This document shows, in pieces, positions 45,610 through 58,706 of a DNA stretch of 64,000 nt. This stretch comes from Okamejei kenojei (lineage: Eukaryota). The position numbers were made by a program, and so were the translations under genes. Below the pieces are notes generated by a model, which had not been told where the DNA came from, did not search any database, and worked only from the letters and a program-made list of their open reading frames with translations. Where the stretch lies: positions 20,460,001-20,524,000 of the forward strand of contig CM069147.1 in assembly GCA_035221665.1 (NCBI GenBank), in the 5' to 3' direction. Position 1 is the first letter of the stretch, and every line of letters begins with the position of its first letter.

Positions 45610-48600
45610 CTTATGGATCAAGAGAAACAGGGAAAATGTGAACGATATAACATATTGAAAGATATACACATTTAGGAATTTAGCGATAACAAAGAACACG
45701 TCAATGGTTTTTGAGCTTCTTGCTCCATGATTGATTAGTGATTGTGAAACATTGATCTCTCATTACAAATAAACACGGGTCGTTTCTAGCCATTGTTCCC
45801 GTATTTAAATTCTAATCAGTTTACACATATACACCCGCTCTTGGCTGCAAGTACTGACAATCTTACCTGCTTTGACGATGTAGCTGAGAGCTGTTGGCAC
45901 CTCAAGGGAAACATGAGATACCAAGCAGGTGTAAACGGCGTCGCCCCAAGCAAGTTTAATTTCTTCCAATAAACTGGAAACCTCATACAATCCCTCTGTG
46001 CTTCTATTTTTTACCGTTTCTATTCCGGTCAGAATTTCTTCGTTATTTCTCCGCCAGGAGATTTCTATTTTTTCCGGATAAAAGCTCGCCGTTTTACACA
46101 CAAGTTTCCGAGACTGCGATGAAGTTCCTTTAACCGGAATGATTTTCAACGGAGTGGGGAGAGCTTTAACAGAGAGACAAATATATTATGCATTTTGTTC
46201 CCTTGGAATGGACGTTTACTCGTTTGTCTCACTTGAGAATTGTATCACAATGTTATTATGACGAGTTAACTGCGCTATTGTTTGAACCGTTTTAAGTTAT
46301 CCTATTGTTATAAACTGCTTTCCCGTCGGCAGGAAAGTGACGGGGTAAATTAAAAGCACGAAGAATGCGAGTCTACGAACTAGTGACCTAGAAAGACGCC
46401 GCTGCTCGAAATAGGAGTATAAGATTTAATGCGGGTGAAATTGGTATTAGACATTTGTGTTTCCCTCAAAACGAGGTGGTTTGTCGAGCTGTTTTAATTT
46501 CAGATATTGTCACGGGAACAAAATGAAATTGTCACAGCTGTCTATAATCAAGTGGTAAGATGCGGATGAATGCTGGGTCCTTGCGAGTGTTTGGGCAGTA
46601 CTGTATTTTACTTCGGAGTCACGTGAGTGACTACATGAAGAACCCCGCCTCACGCTGGCAAACGGCATTACGTCGACGCTGACGGCGGAAGGAGGAGCTG
46701 CAGTAAGGAGCAGCTCCTCGCAGCGGTCGGAACGGCCCCGCAGGTAAGTGCAGCAAAGTCGGGATGTTTTTTAACGTACGCTGGGTGGGTCCAGCAGTAA
46801 AAATAAAGTAAAATAAAAAGTCAGAGTCACGTTTAAAGTGCTGTTTAGCACAGATTAAATGAAAGAAATGGAGAAATCGGCAAAGAAAATTCGCGGGTAA
46901 AGAGAGCTTCCCGGGGTGAAAATAAAAATACGGGAAAAAGCTAGTGCGGATCCGGTTCCGATACCGGTGGCCGCTGATATACCCGTTAGTGAGTTCTAGA
47001 TTCTCCAGAAGTTATAACCACGGAGAGAAATGCTCCTAAAAATGTAAAAGAAATCTGAGAGGCCCGTGGTTCTGATGACTCTGATACTGAAAGTCCTCCA
47101 GATAATTAAACTATATGGGACTAATAATGGAGCATATGGAGAAAGTTCTCCAAAAATTATGAGACTAGGGGTCACAGTACCCAGAAGGTTCCCAAAAAAG
47201 CCCTGAGGGGTTTAATTATTCTGATATGGCTGTGGGCCTAATTGGGAGTTGGAACTCCGGACCCAGGATTTGGGCCGAAGGAAGTCTCATGGGATGAAAT
47301 CCCAATTGATTTAGGGCTGCAGAAGGCAGACCCTGCTGATGGTGATTTGCATTTGAAAACACACCACAAAAATAAAAGAAAGGCCAAATGTGCCTGAGAT
47401 AGCAAAATAATTTGCTATATATGAAGGAAGTGGTGAGGCTATGGAAGAAAACCTAGCAGCCAACATTAATATATGGGATCTCACCAACTTCATGATTCTG
47501 TGATGATTGAAACATCAGAATTATAAACGCACAGGAAATTGTGCCTCATTGAAAGTGCCTACGGTTTATCCGTTGATTTGGGCATCCATAACCCCAAATA
47601 TGAGAGCTTAAGAAGTGAGGTTCAAAAATCCTCACAAATTATTCTGCTGCCATTATGGCTTTTGGGGAGATGGATAAGTTTAAAAATTATTATACTGCAC
47701 AGCCCAATACTTACCCGTATTCGGGGAAAAGGAGACCACCACGCTCATATGGAGAGGTATTAAAGACTTGTTCTATCTTTAAAGAAACTGCGGATTAATC
47801 TCCAGTTGGAGGGAGATTACAAAAGTTTTATAAAGACTGGCTTACTATTATTTCTGATCGGTTTATTTTTACAAGCAGTTTCAGGAACCACTATTACATT
47901 TAAAGAAGGGGTTAATCCTCCAGTACAGATAAACCTGCCTATGCTTTCGTGTTTACTGCAATTGGAAAAGCAGAGATTAATGTGGAAATTGACAAATTAT
48001 CTGAAAAGGGGTTATTGAAAAAACTTATGAACACGAGCATCAATTGTGTCTAAGATATTTCAAAAGACATAAAAAGATGGTGATTGCAGAATTATTCTGG
48101 ACCTTACAGATCTAAATAAGTGGTAGAATACAAATTTTTAAATGGAAAATATTTAATATCAGCAGGTTGTTATATGGCTACGATTGATTTGGGAAAAAAC
48201 GCCTATTATTCTGTACCAATACATCAGTTTCTGGAGGTACTTAAAATTTAATTGGCTGGGACAATTTATGGCAGTTAAAGCTTTGCCAAATGGATTGAGT
48301 TCAGCTTCTAGGCTCTTTACTAAACTGTTGAAACCAGTTTTAGCCCAATTAAGAGTACAAAAACACATCGTTATGGCTTATCTCGATGACATTCTAATCA
48401 TTTATGGCAATCAAGAGTCAGCTGAGAACTAGTTTCAGTACAAAAGCTTTGTTAAAGCTAGGTAGAATTGATTCATCCAATTAAATTCCAGCTGCAGCCA
48501 GCACAATCAATTAACTATTTGGAGTTTGTAATTAACTCAGAAACTATGTTAATACTTTACCAACAAAGATAAAGTTGATGATTTTGGTGACTTGTAATAA

Positions 48601-51600
48601 TCTCATTCACAAACTGATCCTTCCATCCGAAAAAATAGCGAAAACTATTGGTAAACTAGTAGCAGCTTTTCCTGCAGTAGAATTTGGTCCATTACATTAT
48701 CAAAATCTTCAAAGGGACAAAATAAGAGCTCTCAAAGAGAGGGCAGGCCACTTTGATAGGCCTATGCAATTAACAAAAGAAGTTTTGTTGGAATTACCAT
48801 GGTGGGTTAAAAATATCCCACAAGCTGCTAAAAACATTCTGATTAAACAGCCTGAAATTGTTTATAAACAGATGCTAATGCTCTCGGATGGGGGGGGGGT
48901 AATAGATTCAGCCTCCAGTTGTGGAGGTAGATGGAAAGTCCAAGAAGAAACGTTTCTTCAAACTTATGGTATTAACTATTTAGAGTTATTAGTTGCTTTC
49001 TATAGTCTTAAAGCATATTGCTGTTCAAAAAAGGGTCTACATGTATTAATACAGTTAGACAATAAAACGGCTGTTGCATATATTAATCACATGGGGGAGT
49101 CAGATCAGTATCATGTGATTGTCTGGTCAATGAAATATGGCAATGGTGTATTGATCGCCAAATTTGGATTTCAGCAAACTACATTCCAGGTAAAGACAAT
49201 GTGGTGGCAGATAAAAGATCAAGGATATTTAAAGATAACACAGAATGGATGCTTAATCCAGCAATATTTAAGAATATTGTAAACTCAATTTGGTTTACCA
49301 GATATTGATTTGTTTGCATCAAGGCTTAATCATCAATTGCCTAAATATGTGTCTTGGGAACACGATCCAGATGCAGTAGCAGTAGATGCTTTTTCATTGA
49401 ACTGGGGGAATATGTTCTTTTATGCTTTTCCACCTTTTGCTTTGGTTCAGCAATGTCTGAAGGAATAGAACAAGATTCTGCCACAGGATTGTTGGTAGTT
49501 CCAAATTGGCCAACACAACCTTGGTTCCCATTAATGCTGAATATGATTAAAGAACCATATATGTCAATTCCTAACTGTAGTGATATTTTGATTAATCCAG
49601 TAACCAAAGAAATTTATGCATTATATGCATATATGAATTTATTAATCTGCAGGTTTTGACCAGACCACTACAGGAGCTGGGATTGTCGGACAAAACTATG
49701 GAGGTTATAGTCGCATCATGGCGAGATAACACACAAAAACAATATATGACACATGTTTAGAAATGGGATGAATTTTGCACACAGTCAAATATTTCTTATG
49801 ATACGGTGAATATTGCATGTTTGATATTGTGATACTGTGATATTGCATGGAAAATGTATTGGAGCTCCTTGCTAAATTGCATTTTGAGCAACATTTAAGT
49901 TACAGTGCTACTAACACTGCACGCAGTGCCTTATCATCTTATTTAGGACTTATGTCTGACCAGAAATCAATTGGATCACATCCACTAATATCTAGATTCA
50001 TGAAAGGAATCTTTAATATTAATCCACCCAAACCTAGATACACAGAGATTTGGGATGTGAGAATTGTACTTACCTTAATTAGATAGTGGACTCCAATTGA
50101 AAGATTGTCATTGGAAAGATTAACATTCAAATTAATAATGTTAATATCATTGGTTTCAGCTCAAAGAGTGCAAACTTTACAAATGTTGCGTTTAGACTGT
50201 ATGCATGTGACTACAGATAACATTGTGTTCTATGTTTACGATCTGATCAAACAAAGCAGACCAGGGAGATCTGGAGCTAAGGTAACCTTTCAAGCTTATC
50301 CTATTTTGATCCTACTTTGTGTGTGGTTAAACATTTGAATCAATATGTTAAAGTTACTGAAACTCTTCGAGGAAATGAAAAAAAGTTGATGATTACGCAT
50401 AAAAAGCCACACACAAAAGCTTCAGTTCAAACTATCTCAAAATGGTTGAAACAGGTGTTGCTTTTAGCAGGAGTAGACACTGATGTGTTCAAATCTCACT
50501 CCACCAGGGCTGCAGCTGCGTCCGCGGCGAAGGTGCGGGACGTACCACTCGAGCGTATTTTAAAAATCGCAGGGTGGAGTAAAGAAGAAACTTTTTCAAA
50601 GTTCTACAATAAACCTGTTCACACTATGACAAGCTTTGGCCACGCGGTGTTGGGATCAATATAATTACCTGCTTTGTATACTATTGATTACTATAACCAA
50701 GTTATGTAGTCACTTATATCTTTTATCACTTGTAATCATTCCCTCGGATATAAGGAGGGTTATTATATGTTCTTTAAACCATTAAAAAGTTAATTATGGA
50801 AAGAACTAATATTAGTCTGGTTTCTCATGTATGTATTTACTTAGCCGGACTGTCGTACTAATTAAATACTACGACATAAAAAAACACAGAAAAGCTTTAA
50901 AATCTTCACGTAGTCACTCACGTGACTCCGAAGTAAAATAGTAAGATTAAACGAGAATTTACCAGTTCGAAGTTTGATCGTTATTTTATGAGGAGTTACG
51001 ATGAGGGATTACGTGCCCTCCACTCCCACCCTCATAAAATAAATGATCAATCTGGTAGTTCTAAGTCTTTTATGAGCCTTACTATGTTACTTCGGCTATT
51101 TGGTGTTCTGTGTTTTTCATGCCGCTGCTTTGAAGTATGCCATTTGCCAGCGTGAGGCCGGGTTCTTCACGTAATCCCTCATCGTAACTCCTCATAAAAT
51201 AACGATCAAACTTCGAACTGGTAAATTCTCGTTTAGTCTTACTATTTTAATGCGCGGGATGGAGGTTTACGAGGGTACAAATTTCATCAGGATAAATGTT
51301 TCCCGAACGCGAAGGGAGTACTGGAATATTTCTCAATGTGGGGAAGTGGCATACTGGAAGTTAAGCGTCGCTAAATAAATAATCATACGCACGGAAGTGG
51401 GGGAACTGAACATGCCCCTTCTCTCATGTTGGAAGAACTCAGCGAATTGGCCAGCATCTGTGGAGGCATTGGACGGGTGACATTTCCGGTCGGGACCTTT
51501 CTTTGGAAAAAAGTTGTTCCAGTGCTTTTTTTTAGCTCCAGGATAAAAACAACTTTCGTTTCTCGCTTGAAAATTACCACACACATCTGCTCAGTATGAA

Positions 51601-52615
51601 CATTTGCGAAAATATTCCATTCGCAATTTGAAGCCGCGTATCCAAAAAGATGCAAATCCAATTCTAACAACATTTCAAAATCAGCACTTCGGATTTAAAG
51701 CAGATTCGAATATTATCGCGATAATTCTAGACAGTGACACAGAATTGTGTAATGTGAGTCGACAGGGCTACGTCAACTTTGATGTAAGAATGACCAGGAG
51801 AAAAACGAAGAGGCAAGCAGGACAAACTACTTTCCACGCGACGGATTCAACCCGACCTGTTGAATATTCCCTGTATCTGCTGGTTTACCTGAGTCTTGCA
51901 CCCTCTGTATCAATTTATTTCCGAGGTACAAATTGAATTCGGCGTCGGATAGCTCTTATTGAGTACTAATATTTTCATTTTCTCGCGATCACTGAGTTTT
52001 ATCTCCATGGTATGGGGATGATAACATGGACTTCCACTGTAAGGATACTTACCGAATACAGATAGCAGCGTGCCACTTCCATTTCCGATAGGTTGCTGCT
52101 GCTGTTTGATTTGACAATAATACTTCCCGGAGTCTGCGACACCGACATTCAGCAGAGTAAACGAACCGCTGCCCTTGTTTATATGAAATTGCTTTCTGCT
52201 GTCTGGCCATATGAATGCATTCTCGCTCTCTCTCCACCAGTAGACGTCAGGAATAACTTGTAATATGTGATATTTGCAGAAAATGGAAACATTTCCACCG
52301 ACGGCTTCATGCAAAACAATCGGGAATTGTTCCACTTTGCTTGACGATACTATGGCATCTGCCAAAAAAAAGGAAGATCACGGGAAGTTGTTGTTTAAGG
52401 TGATAAAATGCAAAAATAAAAAGCAAGGGACATAAAATACAGAAATAAAATTAAGATCCAGCATAAATCGAATTCGACAGGGATTACAATCAAGTGTGTA
52501 GTGCCTGATCAAGGTGACATTTTCCAAAGTAAGATTTTGTATTCAGGAAAATAAGCGTACCTTGCCAAACTATAATCAGGAAAGCCATGTAGCTAACTGC
52601 AACCTCCGCAGACAT
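45511..52615 (-). CDS. Gene B: paralogous VJ-C1-TM IgSF receptor (leader to TM confident, tail unresolved)
   Basis: Exons 52615-52561, 52358-52053, 46163-45867, 45609-45511; all GT-AG, phase 1; exon sizes match gene A (55/306/297 vs 294/99). Confidence 0.88.
45867..46163 (-). CDS. Gene B exon 3, C1-set Ig domain
   Basis: LVCKTASFYPEKIEISW...YTCLVSHVSL; 297 nt; donor gtaaga. Confidence 0.95.
46606..51248 (+). mobile_element. Structurally complete but degenerate DIRS1-like retrotransposon in gene B V-C1 intron
   Basis: RT (MAYLDD), RNase H (NYLELL, LDNKTAVAYIN), methyltransferase-like (PNWPTQPWFP), tyrosine recombinase (HSTRAAA, GWS); inverted termini; ICR ~50903-51015 complementary to both ends; TTT(T) junctions, no TSD. 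Confidence 0.95.
52053..52358 (-). CDS. Gene B exon 2, germline-joined VJ-type V domain
   Basis: ttttttggcag|...|gtaagt; 306 nt; SIFC, DVYWW, DSGKYYC, IGNGSGTLLSV. Confidence 0.95.
52561..52615 (-). CDS. Gene B exon 1, signal peptide
   Basis: ATG at 52615; MSAEVAVSYMAFLIIVWQ; 55 nt, phase 1, donor gtacgc. Confidence 0.85.
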
Positions 52616-54964
52616 ACTACAGAGAGAGAATTTACCACGGCAAAAGAAAATGGTGTCCTCAAAGAGTGTTCAATAATTAAGATTTCATTACTGTATGTAT
52701 AAAAGCATGCGGTCCCCACGACGGACATCACATGACAGTACAATAGATTTCACCACATTTCTGTTTGGTCGAAATAAGATGTCAGGATTAGGTCTCCTCC
52801 CACCGACAATCAAGGGATGCCACTTAACACTTGGTCATTAAAATATGGCTGCAGACCTTCTCGACGAAGCTGCCATGCAATCTAGGGAGAGGAACAAAAA
52901 TAAGAACAATCTGTGCAGAAAACACTTTCCTGTTATGGGATGCTGGCTCGAAGGACCGAATGGCCTAGTCATGCACCTATTTTTCTATGTTTCTCTGCTG
53001 ATCACAATGAAGAAAGATTTTAGGGATCATGCCGCAAATTATTTTTTGAAAAGCATAATGAAGACGCTAACACAAAGATGTGATAATCAATGCAGGTTAA
53101 TCGCTGCCTTATGATTCGGCGGAGTGTTGCCTCAGTGACAGCGTTTCTGGTAACCAAAGGGTTATGATGTCTTGCCCCATTCCAAGGACTGCAATAGGGC
53201 GATATTATATTCAACAATGGAAGACTTGCTGTGCTTCCAAAAGTTAGTCAAAATCGTCTGTATTGCTGCTCAATAATAGCAAATATTTATACTCCAGCCA
53301 ACATCGAGATGAATTGATGACTAACACGGTGATATTCGACAGCTAAGCACGAAGCCTTCCCATTGCGTTAATGACGAGATTTAGTACATTCATGAACAAT
53401 CTAATTGTCAATAAACACGCCAAGGAACTCGGGGTATGGAATGGTTGACATTAAGACTTTCAATCTTGAAACATGGATTTTTCTTTGCGCAATTATATAT
53501 TGGAAAATGTTTAACTATTTAAAAAAATGTTTATAACTGATTAATCTATAGTTCAAATATGTTGATATATTTTTTAAAGTGCATTAAAAATAATTGTTTG
53601 GCCACTTTGACCAAATCTACGGATTGGCTGTCAGATTACTTTTGCATATATAAATTGGGTATTTTGGCCAGGTTTCTAGATCTCCGTTTACATTATCAAG
53701 CTGTTACAGTGTGTAATGACTGATTCGCAGCGAATTTCCCAAATGATCTCCGCAGTCTCGCATCAGGAGAACTGGTAGAGTAAGTTTTTCTGTGCTCCTG
53801 TTAACAAGGTCACTAGCGAGCCCTGTTCTATTGCTGCTAGCCAGAAAATGAACACCGGTGTTTGCTATAGAAATGCTGAAGATATTAGAAACAATCTGCA
53901 CAATTGGCTGCAACCTCTGAGTTCGGCAGATAAACGGGTCAAGAAGCATTCATGACTTCAATATGCAGAAATATTAAATCCGATGCACCCTGACTTGCTG
54001 ATAACTTCCAGCATTCATTTTTTAAATGTTTAATCGTTAGCATCTACAGTATTTTTCTTCCATCCACCCCACTCCCCCCACGACACACACACGCATACAC
54101 ACACACCCCACTTCGTGTCCATCCATATATAATTTATCAATGTAGCGAAATATTATGAACATTATAAACATGTCGTTCAAGCGTAAAGTCCAAGAGAATA
54201 TCAGTTATCACATCTTGGCAATCTGAGTAAATGATCCTTCTCACGACTCTTAAGGCTCTAACTGATTCCGCATTCAACCAACAGTTACCAGATATTCCTA
54301 TTTTTGTCTACTGACTCCCATTTGAAACCCCTTCTCTGCTCATTTTGTTTTAGCATAGAGTGCAACATATTCTTCAGTTCTCCAAACGAAATATTACAAA
54401 ACATATACTCAAGGTCTCTGGTCTGTGAGTATAAATATGAAACCCGTCAAAATACGTTCAATTGAGTATCAACTGACTTAGTAGCTGAGAATTCCACGTA
54501 AGTACAATGTAAACATTATCCGCATTTTTCGGATATTTTAAGAAGTGTGTTTTTATCGAAACAAGATAATTTGTTACTTGAAGTATATAACCTGAACATT
54601 AAATAACATCACCAAAATTCCAAAGGTAACATCAATATCTGTTTCAGTTGAAAATTATCGGCAATTTTGGGAAGTAATCCATCCAATGACGTGACCGATC
54701 ACATTAGGCTGACAGAACAAAATAGAACATTTTGTCCAGCATCGATTTTTGTACTGCCCGGTACAGCAACAACAACTGATCGTCTGATGTTCTAAGCGAG
54801 AGGTTCGCACTTGAGAAACTGGCATTCAACTGATTTCTCGATAAGCGGTTCACATTTTTTCAAAATAACATGCCCTGGATGGAGGAAACACTGACATTTT
54901 CAGAAATAGTTTACCAAGTAAATTAGTTACATAACATTTCTTACCCTTTAATTTAACGTTAAAA

Positions 54965-55110
54965 AAGATAACGTGAGAAACTGCAATGTACTTGTTTGAG
55001 GCCTCAGAAACCTATAACCGCAGAGTTTCCATGATGTCACAAGCATATTCGCGGATGCAGTTGTTGACTCTTGGCTTGCGTTCACTTCTTGTAGCTCGAT
55101 CTGCAAATAC
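54965..55110. promoter_or_regulatory. Conserved upstream module, copy 3, ~2.4 kb upstream of gene B ATG
   Basis: ACCGCA 55017-55022, TTTCCA 55026-55031, TGATGTCA 55032-55039. Confidence 0.55.
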
Positions 55111-55609
55111 GCGTGTCCTAGAGTCATTACCTTGAAGTCATGAGCTTTGTTCAGAGTTATGTTTTCATATTAAAGTTGAAAATGATTGTAATTAAGCATT
55201 GGTTAGCACGAATCACACATAGAAGGCTAAAATAAATGCGTCTCCACAGATTACATACCTTCATCAAAATGGAACAATGTACAGCTAAATATGCACGTGA
55301 TATCGCACAATAGTTTCCACACATAGTTTCCTTTCACTCTGATATCATTATCGCGCCTCAGTGGTGCTTTACAATCGGCTTTTGATTCTGAGCCGCTTAA
55401 GTTAAGTTGGGCCCCGTAAGTGAACCGCTGAATACAAAACGTAGGTTTTCAGAAGTACCCGAAATAAGGAAAGAAGCAAGAAGTGTTGTCAAAGCAATTT
55501 TAGGGATAGTGTGAGTCATGGCCCACCGTGGAAAATAAATGAAAGTTGGAGATGCCTAGCAGATTAGTTGATGTACACGGTTGAGGTGTTATCCTTCTAT
55601 AGGTCTAAC

Positions 55610-56568
55610 ATTTAGCTTAATCCTGGTCCAAGACTCTCCCACTAGTGGAAACATCCTCTCCACAGTCACTCTATCCAGGTGTTTCACTATTCAGTAAGTT
55701 TCAATGGGGTCCCCTGTCATCTTTCTAAACTCCAGTGAGTACAGGCCCAATGGCGTCAAACGCTCAGCATATGTTAACCCAATCATTCCGGGAATGAATT
55801 TCGTAAAACTCCTCTGGACGCTCTCCCTCGCCACACACCCTGCCTCAGCTTTCGGGCGCAAAACTGCTCACAATACTCCATATGTGGTCTGACCAGAGAC
55901 TTATGTCTCAGCATTACATCCCTGTTTTTTTGTATTCTAGCCCTCTCGAAATAAATGCTAGCATTGCAATCGACTACCGATTGCAAATTAACTTTTTTGG
56001 GAATCCCGCACCAGCACTCCCCACTCCATTTGCACCTCCGATTTCTGAATTGCTTTAGAAAATACTCTATGCCTTTATTCCTACTACAATTCATGTTTTT
56101 ACACTATGCCACCCTGTTTTCCATCTGCCACTTCTCAGTCCACTCTTCCGACCTGTCCATGTCCGTCTGCAGCGTCCCTGCTTCCTCAACACTACCGGCT
56201 CCTCCACCTATCAGCAAACATGGGTACAACGTCTTCAATTCCCTCAGCCAAATCATTGATATACATTGCAAAGTGTCGCGGCCCCAGCACCAAAGGAACA
56301 CCGTTAATCACGGGTAGCCAACCAGAAAAATACTCTCTACTGCCACTCTTTGCCTTCTGCCATCCAGCCATCCTGCAACCCGTGCTAGTATCTTTCATCT
56401 GATGCCATGGAGTCTCATCATCTTTAGCAGCCTCGCGTGCTGCACTTTATCAAAGCCCTTCTGAAAATCGAAGTAAACCACATCCACTGACTCTCCTTGT
56501 CTATCCTGCTATTTATTTCCTCAAAGAATCCGAACAGGCTCGTCAGGCAAGATCCCCCTTTCACAAGC
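55610..56568 (-). mobile_element. Degraded CR1 RT fragment
   Basis: YINDLAEGIE, LVRPHMEYCEQF remnants. Confidence 0.8.
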
Positions 56569-57429
56569 AGGTAGCGCCGAACAATGGGATCTTTTTCTTC
56601 TTTGTTGTTTTTTGTCTGTTGTTAAATATATGTGTTAGTGTTCCTTTAATTTTGTATTATGTGGGGTGTAGGGGGTGGGGGAAACTTTTTTATCTCTTTC
56701 CTCCACGGAGATGCGACTTATATTTCCTATTGTATCTCCGTCCGCACTGCAGCCTAACATCGCGACACAGGCGGCCTCTTGCTGGGGATCGACCTCGGGA
56801 GCTCCAACCGCGGGAGCCTGCGGACTTAACATTATGGAGCTCGCGGTCCCTGGTTAGGGAACAACTTCGTGAGCCCCCACGCGGGAAGTTCGATCGCCCG
56901 GACGCGGGAGCATCGATCGCTGGCTGCGGGAGCTTGATCGCCCCAATTGCGGATGGTTCGACTGCCCGGACGGTGGCGGAAAATGATAAGATTTTATTGT
57001 CTTCCATCACAGTGGAGAATGTGGTGGAGCCGCGGTGGTGGATGTTTATGTTAAATTTTTATGTAGTTGTGTGTCTTGTTGCTTTTTTTTTTGTATGACT
57101 GTATGGCAAAATCAAATTATTTGTATGTTGGAAAACACACTTGGCAAATTAATCTATTACGATTACAATTAAAATTATGCCGACGTCGGCCTATTTTAGA
57201 GTGTGGCCATGGTGTTGCGGAAGTGGTGTGATGATTTTAGCCACCTTCTTGAGGAACAGCTACATGTGGATCTATTCAATTGTTGGGGAAGTCAATATGC
57301 TCGACGAACTAGTTAATGTCCTACAGTTTCTGCAGACTCGTTCATTCTTTAATGATGCAACTGGCAAGTGTGGTTTGCAGCTTACAACCGCAGAAGTTCA
57401 GAGACATGCAGAACATTTTGGAAAGCAGT

Positions 57430-58706
57430 GGCAGGATCGGTCAAGGTCTGTATTGATTTATGAAGGAGAAATCAAATTTGACAAATCCTCGATTTTTTGT
57501 GAGGATGTAACAAGTAGAATGGATAAGGGAGAGCAGTCGATGTGGTGCATCTAGACTTTCAAAAAGCCTTTGACAAGGTCCCCCACAGGAGACTAGTGTG
57601 CAAAATTAGAACATGGTACTGGGGGTAGGGTAGGATAGAGAACTGGTTGGCAGACAGAAACCAAAGAGTAGGATTTCACGGGTCCTTTTCAGAATGGCAG
57701 GCAGTGACTAGTGGGATGCCGCAAGGCTCGATGCTGGAACGCTAGTTATTTACTCTATATATTAAAGTTTTGCACGAGGGAATTAAATATAACATTTCCA
57801 CACAAAGCAGTGTGAGCTGCGAGGAGGATGCTATGATACTGCAGAGTGACTTGGATAGGTTGGGGGCCTGGGCTGATGCATGGCAGATGCTCTATAATGT
57901 AGATAAATGTGTGCTTATCCACTTTGGTGGCGAGAACAGGAATCATTATTATTTCTGATTAGGAAAAGGGGAGGTGCAACGGGACCTGGGTGTGCTTGCA
58001 CACCAGTCACAGAAAGTAAGCACGCAGGTACGAAAGGCAGTGAATAACGCAAATGGCATGTTGGCAGTCATTGCGAGACGATTTGAGTTTAGAGGTAAAG
58101 AGGTCCTCCTGCAGTTGCACAGGTCCCTGGTGAGACTGCACCTGAAGTATTGTGTGCAATTTTGGTCTCCCAATTTGAGGAAGGGCGTTATTGCTATAGA
58201 GGGAGTGCAGCATTGATTCGTTCACCGGGTTAATTCCTGGATGGCGGGACTGACATATGATGAAATAATTGGTCGATTGGGCTTGTATTTAGAAGGATTA
58301 GAGGGGATCTTCTAGTAGAATATACCATTCTTAAAGGATTGGCAGGTTAGATGCAGGAAAAATGTTTCTGATGTTCAGGGAGTCCAGAACCAGGCGTCAC
58401 ACGTGATCATGGCTGACAACCAGGGGTGGGGCATTTAGGACTGTGATGAGGAAAAACGTTTTCACCCAGAGTGTTGTGAATCTGTGGAATTCTCTACCAC
58501 AGAAGGCAGTGGGATTCAATTCACTGGATGTTTTCAAGAGAGTGTTAGATTTAACTCTTAGAGCTAAAGGAATGAAGGGATAAGGGGAAAAGGCAGGAAT
58601 GGGGTACTGATTTTAGATGATCAGCCATGATTATATTTTATGGCGGTGCTGGCTCGAAGGGCCGAATGGCCTACTGCACCTATTTTTCTATGTTTCTATG
58701 TTTCTA
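57430..58706 (+). mobile_element. 5'-truncated CR1 LINE
   Basis: [25 protein letters not shown]; (tttctatg)n tail. Confidence 0.9.
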
